A stretch of DNA of 64,000 nt, from the NCBI GenBank assembly GCA_030704615.1, contig CM060731.1:91946001-92010000 (forward strand). The letters run 5' to 3'. Positions 60,091-64,000 of the stretch are shown here, piece after piece. How positions within the stretch are numbered: position 1 is the first letter of the stretch; every line of letters begins with the position of its first letter. The notes under the pieces were generated by a model. The model made no database searches. It saw nothing but the letters and a program-made list of their open reading frames with translations, and was not told the DNA's origin. A program made the translations under genes and the position numbers. The stretch comes from Takakia lepidozioides. Lineage: Eukaryota; Plantae; Bryophyta.

Positions 60091-62064
60091 ATCTTCGCGG
60101 AAGGGAAGGCGAACGCGGGAGAGGAGATGAGAGGAGGAGAGGGAAAAGAGAAAGCCGCTGGAGGGAAGGGGAGAAAGATCGCGGGGACAAAAACAAAAAA
60201 CAAAAAACCAAACAAAAGGAATTGATCCCGCGGTGCATCGCAACCTAATCATCGTTCTTACCACTACACTACCCCTGAAAACTCAACAACCCCCTCCTGT
60301 AATATTATATTTAAGGTGTTTTAAACCCCCCTCTGTATGTATAATGTTGTACATGGGGGGGTTTAAAATACCCCCTCCTGTGCACGCACGTGGCTGGTAC
60401 ATTTAATGAGGAGTGCACCCCCCAGGGGTCCAACAAGCCAAGGACATTGTGACACAGGCCGGCCAGAGGGTAGGACTGCAAACGAAGCGACGCGATTGGG
60501 AGGAGAAACTCAAGGAGTGGGCCAGAGATTATCTGGACGGGGCGACCTCACAAGCCCAAGAATACAAGAGCCGGCTGGAAGAGGTCTACGAAGACCTGGG
60601 AGTAAGCATGGAGGATGTGTTAGATCAGATGGAGGAGGAAAAGTGCGGAAGGAGACGACCCAAGAATTAACCAAAGACGTGGAGAAGTTCACCAAAAGAT
60701 GGATTAAACCGGCCTCAATCACCGGGGAAACTTTGGAGGGAACCAGTGCAGTCCTCGTTCTGAACCGACTCACGGGAGGAACGGAGGACGAAGAGGACTT
60801 TGTTGTTGTCCCAGGAGAAGAGACCGCCATGGACATAGAGACATGGAAGCTCATAGCACCAACCCTGGAAGACAGCCAATGAGGGGGATGGCCACGGAAG
60901 AAAAGCCCCTCGTGTCCGATGAAGTAATCCCGTTGGCCGACGCAGGGAGAACGAACTCAGGGCGGCTTACGGGCACAAACCAAGGAGAGGCCGTTGAACT
61001 CTTGACAAGGGGAGGTCACTTCCAAATATTACCACTTGACGTGAAAAAAACTATAGGATTCTGAAAATTCTGAGAAAATAAAATTTAGAATACATTTAGA
61101 AATACTATAGGGTACCAATATATTGGCGGCACCACATTTAAATTAAAATAGGGTCCAAAATAAAGACGTATTTCCAAAAAATATTAAAACTAATATAGGG
61201 TGGAGAGAAATTAAAGGGACACGTGTCGTTCAATGACAAGCAGTTCGGGACATGCAGCGGAGAGGGCGTAGACGCATGTGCACAGCAACCCTAGGCTTCC
61301 CTCTTTCCTGCCGGCTGCAATTCATGGCGGCATTGTGCTAGACAAGCAGAGAGAAATGGTGGTGTGCTCAGTGGTACACGCATTGTGGCCCACATGTTTT
61401 GAAGCTTACAGGGCATGACAGTGAAGAAGCGTAGATTGAGAGGGGAATGATGGCAACCCCATAATGTTTTTTTATTATTATTTTCAGGTTAATATAGGGT
61501 GCCCAATATTTGTTACCTGCTATAAAATATAAATAATATAGCTTGCAGGAAAATATGCCATATTACAACATTATGTAATAATAGGGTGGCCAAAAATTCA
61601 GAAAATAAAATTAATACCCCCATAGAAAATGCCTGTTTGCCTCACGTGCCTGGGAAACTAGATAAGGAGTGACCTCCCTGAGACTCTCGACTGACAACGA
61701 GGCCACGAAAGAGGAAAGCCGGGGGGCTGAGGAAGTCAGGGATCAGCAGGAGGAGATTGCAGTTGATTAGGAAATGGGAGAAGGGGTCAGGGAGCAGGGA
61801 GAACAGTCTGGGCCGGAGATAGCAAGGGCAACGAAGCCCAAGGCCGCTCAGGGGATCCTAGGGAGCCAGCTAGGCAGCAGGTGATGGCCACTCTTCCTAG
61901 GGGGCCCCTCACTTTGTACCCCGAACCGCCATTGGTTCCACTCCCACTATCAAGTGGTTGGATGAGCGCCAGCAGGGCGCCGGGGGCATTCACCGTAATG
62001 TTACGGCAGCAAGAGGGAGATGACCAACAATTGTCACCTGAGACCGCTCCCCTCGGTCACGCTA

Positions 62065-62990
62065 CACTATAGCAAATGGGGGGGGGGGGTTTGCGACGCC
62101 AGCCGCGCCCCCACGCCCTACGCGGCACCGAGCCCGCGGCGTTTTTTTGCGACGCCCCGGCGTCGCAATCCCCCGCTGCGACACCATTACGATGCCCAGC
62201 CGTCGTAAGGTGGCATGAAGGGGGAAATAGGGCCCTCGTTGCGACGGATTTTTTTTCTTGCGACGCCCCGGCGTCGGAAATCCAAGAAAAAAAATAAAAA
62301 ATAAAAAAATTGGACGTTGCGACGCCTCGGCGTCGCAAAAATGTCACTAAGGGCGCCCCAGCGCCTCTGCGACGCCCTAACGTCGCAACAACATCACCAT
62401 AGTGGGATTTTTTTTTTTTTTTTTTGGGCTTTGCGGCCCTCAACTTCACAAAAGCGTCGCTGGGGGCGCCCCACGCTGGGACGCCCAACGTTGCGACGTC
62501 AGGGGGTCGCAACGGCGTCGTCACAGGGGATTGCAATGGTGTTGTGGTCAGTTTAGGTCCACATAAGGACGTCGCTTGGGGCGCCTGGCGGTGGGGGGGT
62601 ACAACAACGGCGATGATGCTGGGGCTGGGGCTGGGGCTGGGCACTAAGGCTGTGGAGGTTGCAACTCCCCGGCGTCACAAGAGAGACCCCCTTAGAAGGA
62701 ACTTGAAGGAACTTGAAGGAAATCTTTATATATATATATATATATATATATTGTTTTTTTATACATAGATGTAGCGTAGGTGTGTTGGTTAGTTTGTAGT
62801 GTCTTAGAAATGTTATAACGTGGAGGTCTTAAGTTCAAGTATACGTTGCAATGAACATATCGCCATTAGATAGAACCGGAGTCAATGGTCCACGCCGGAG
62901 TCAATGGTCAACAAGTTTTTGAAATTCAAATTTTCCCGCCTAAATTCAAATGTATCCCTTTAAATTGTGCATTGCAGAGTAGGTTTTTCT
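62065..62990. mobile_element. Second, 3'-truncated copy of the non-autonomous CACTA element at 31227
   Basis: Starts CACTATAGCAAATGGGG and is collinear with 31227-32220. No TAGTG end or second TSD was found. Confidence 0.85.
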
Positions 62991-64000
62991 TTTTTCTTTT
63001 AAAAAATAAAATAAAAAATGACGAAGACCCCGAACACGACAGTCAGGATTCGCATCCGTGGCTCTATTTTGTGCCGCATTCTTCTTTCCCGCCATGTCCG
63101 ACGCAGCACTGGCCTTCCAGGTAGAGCCAGTACATATTGAAATATGTAGTCCCCCAATGACTCATTTTACACCTCAACAAATGTGCCCTGGAAATACGGG
63201 TGCAATCAATGCGCAGTGGTTCATGCAGTCGTTTCCTTGACTTAATATTCCACGTATGCAATAAATATCTTTATTCCATTAATTCGTCAGCAGGGATTGA
63301 TGCGTGGAACTGACGGTCTTCCTCACTTGATTGTCAATGGCGACCATGCCCATTTGGATAACATGTCAAAATCACTCTAAACCACCATAGATCCACCCAA
63401 CGAGCTAACTTATACAATTCAAGGGCAAACCAGGCTGAAACATATTGAAGAAGAGCCCTTACCACACTGTCCTTGACTTTGTGTCATGACCCGTTAGCCA
63501 ATGCAAAGGCTTAGCATTGCCGGCTCCCTCTGATCATCCGTCGCTTGGCAGCCGTGTCACAGGTACGTATGGTGCAATACGCTTCTATTTCATACTTCAA
63601 CCTGCGAAAACAATTGATCACATGTGAATGGCCTGGAAGTACTACAATTAACTCTGCGACCTTTTCTTTTGTGCACGGAAGAAGGGGACGAGCAGTGGAA
63701 GACAACGTTTCAAGAGTCTCATGGAGATCGACCATTGGTGAGAGTTTTCAAGACTCATTTGGGCAGCAACAACATGGTTCGTCCAGACCTGGAAAGTGGG
63801 AATATGAGGCTGGAGTCTGTGCTAGTGGTGGGAGAATCCATGAACCCAATGATGGAAAAACATGTCACCAGGTGACTCCCCCTTTCATTTCGTCATAGGA
63901 ATCGAATTCTCCTCTTTTGCTTAAGGAATGAATGAGTACAAAACTTCAGTGCCGTCAGCCACTGACAACTAGAGTTATAACTCATTTATGTCATCGTTTC

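Noticed and set aside
61010-61678. Possible MITE with GGGAGGTCACT...AGTGACCTCCC ends
   Set aside because: The short inverted repeat is real, but there is no matching TSD or second copy in the window.

Overview
Eukaryotic, repeat-rich DNA, most likely from a non-seed land plant. The evidence is PLS-type PPR fragments, a SOUL gene, a flagellar IQUB-like remnant, a Replitron, CACTA and Ty3/Gypsy elements, and short GT-AG introns. The window is a nest of transposons and gene fragments. Two elements stand out. (1) A family of DNA elements with GRG termini and (GCTCATG)n subtermini. It carries a spliced gene of about 1,300 aa (13877-18884, minus) that fuses a ParB/Srx-like domain (VWDGNHR) to a beta-class amino (N4C/N6A-type) DNA methyltransferase fold. 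The gene sits next to about 2 kb of 22-bp palindromes, and a diverged copy at 8.9-10.6 kb has its own symmetrically co-varied palindrome array. (2) An 11.75-kb Ty3/Gypsy element (45265-57015, minus) with a DNMT3-like C5 methyltransferase between protease and RT, a C-terminal PHD finger, a self-priming PBS and permuted split LTRs (B...A-B-A) flanked by a 4-bp TSD. Also present are a CACTA element with divergent TnpD/TnpA-like genes and an embedded FCP1/NIF-like domain, a degenerate Replitron HUH gene, CACTA MITEs and several host-gene fragments. Many single-base frameshifts fall in otherwise young sequence, so some apparent pseudogenes may be assembly indel errors. All domain calls come from motif recognition by eye, not database searches.
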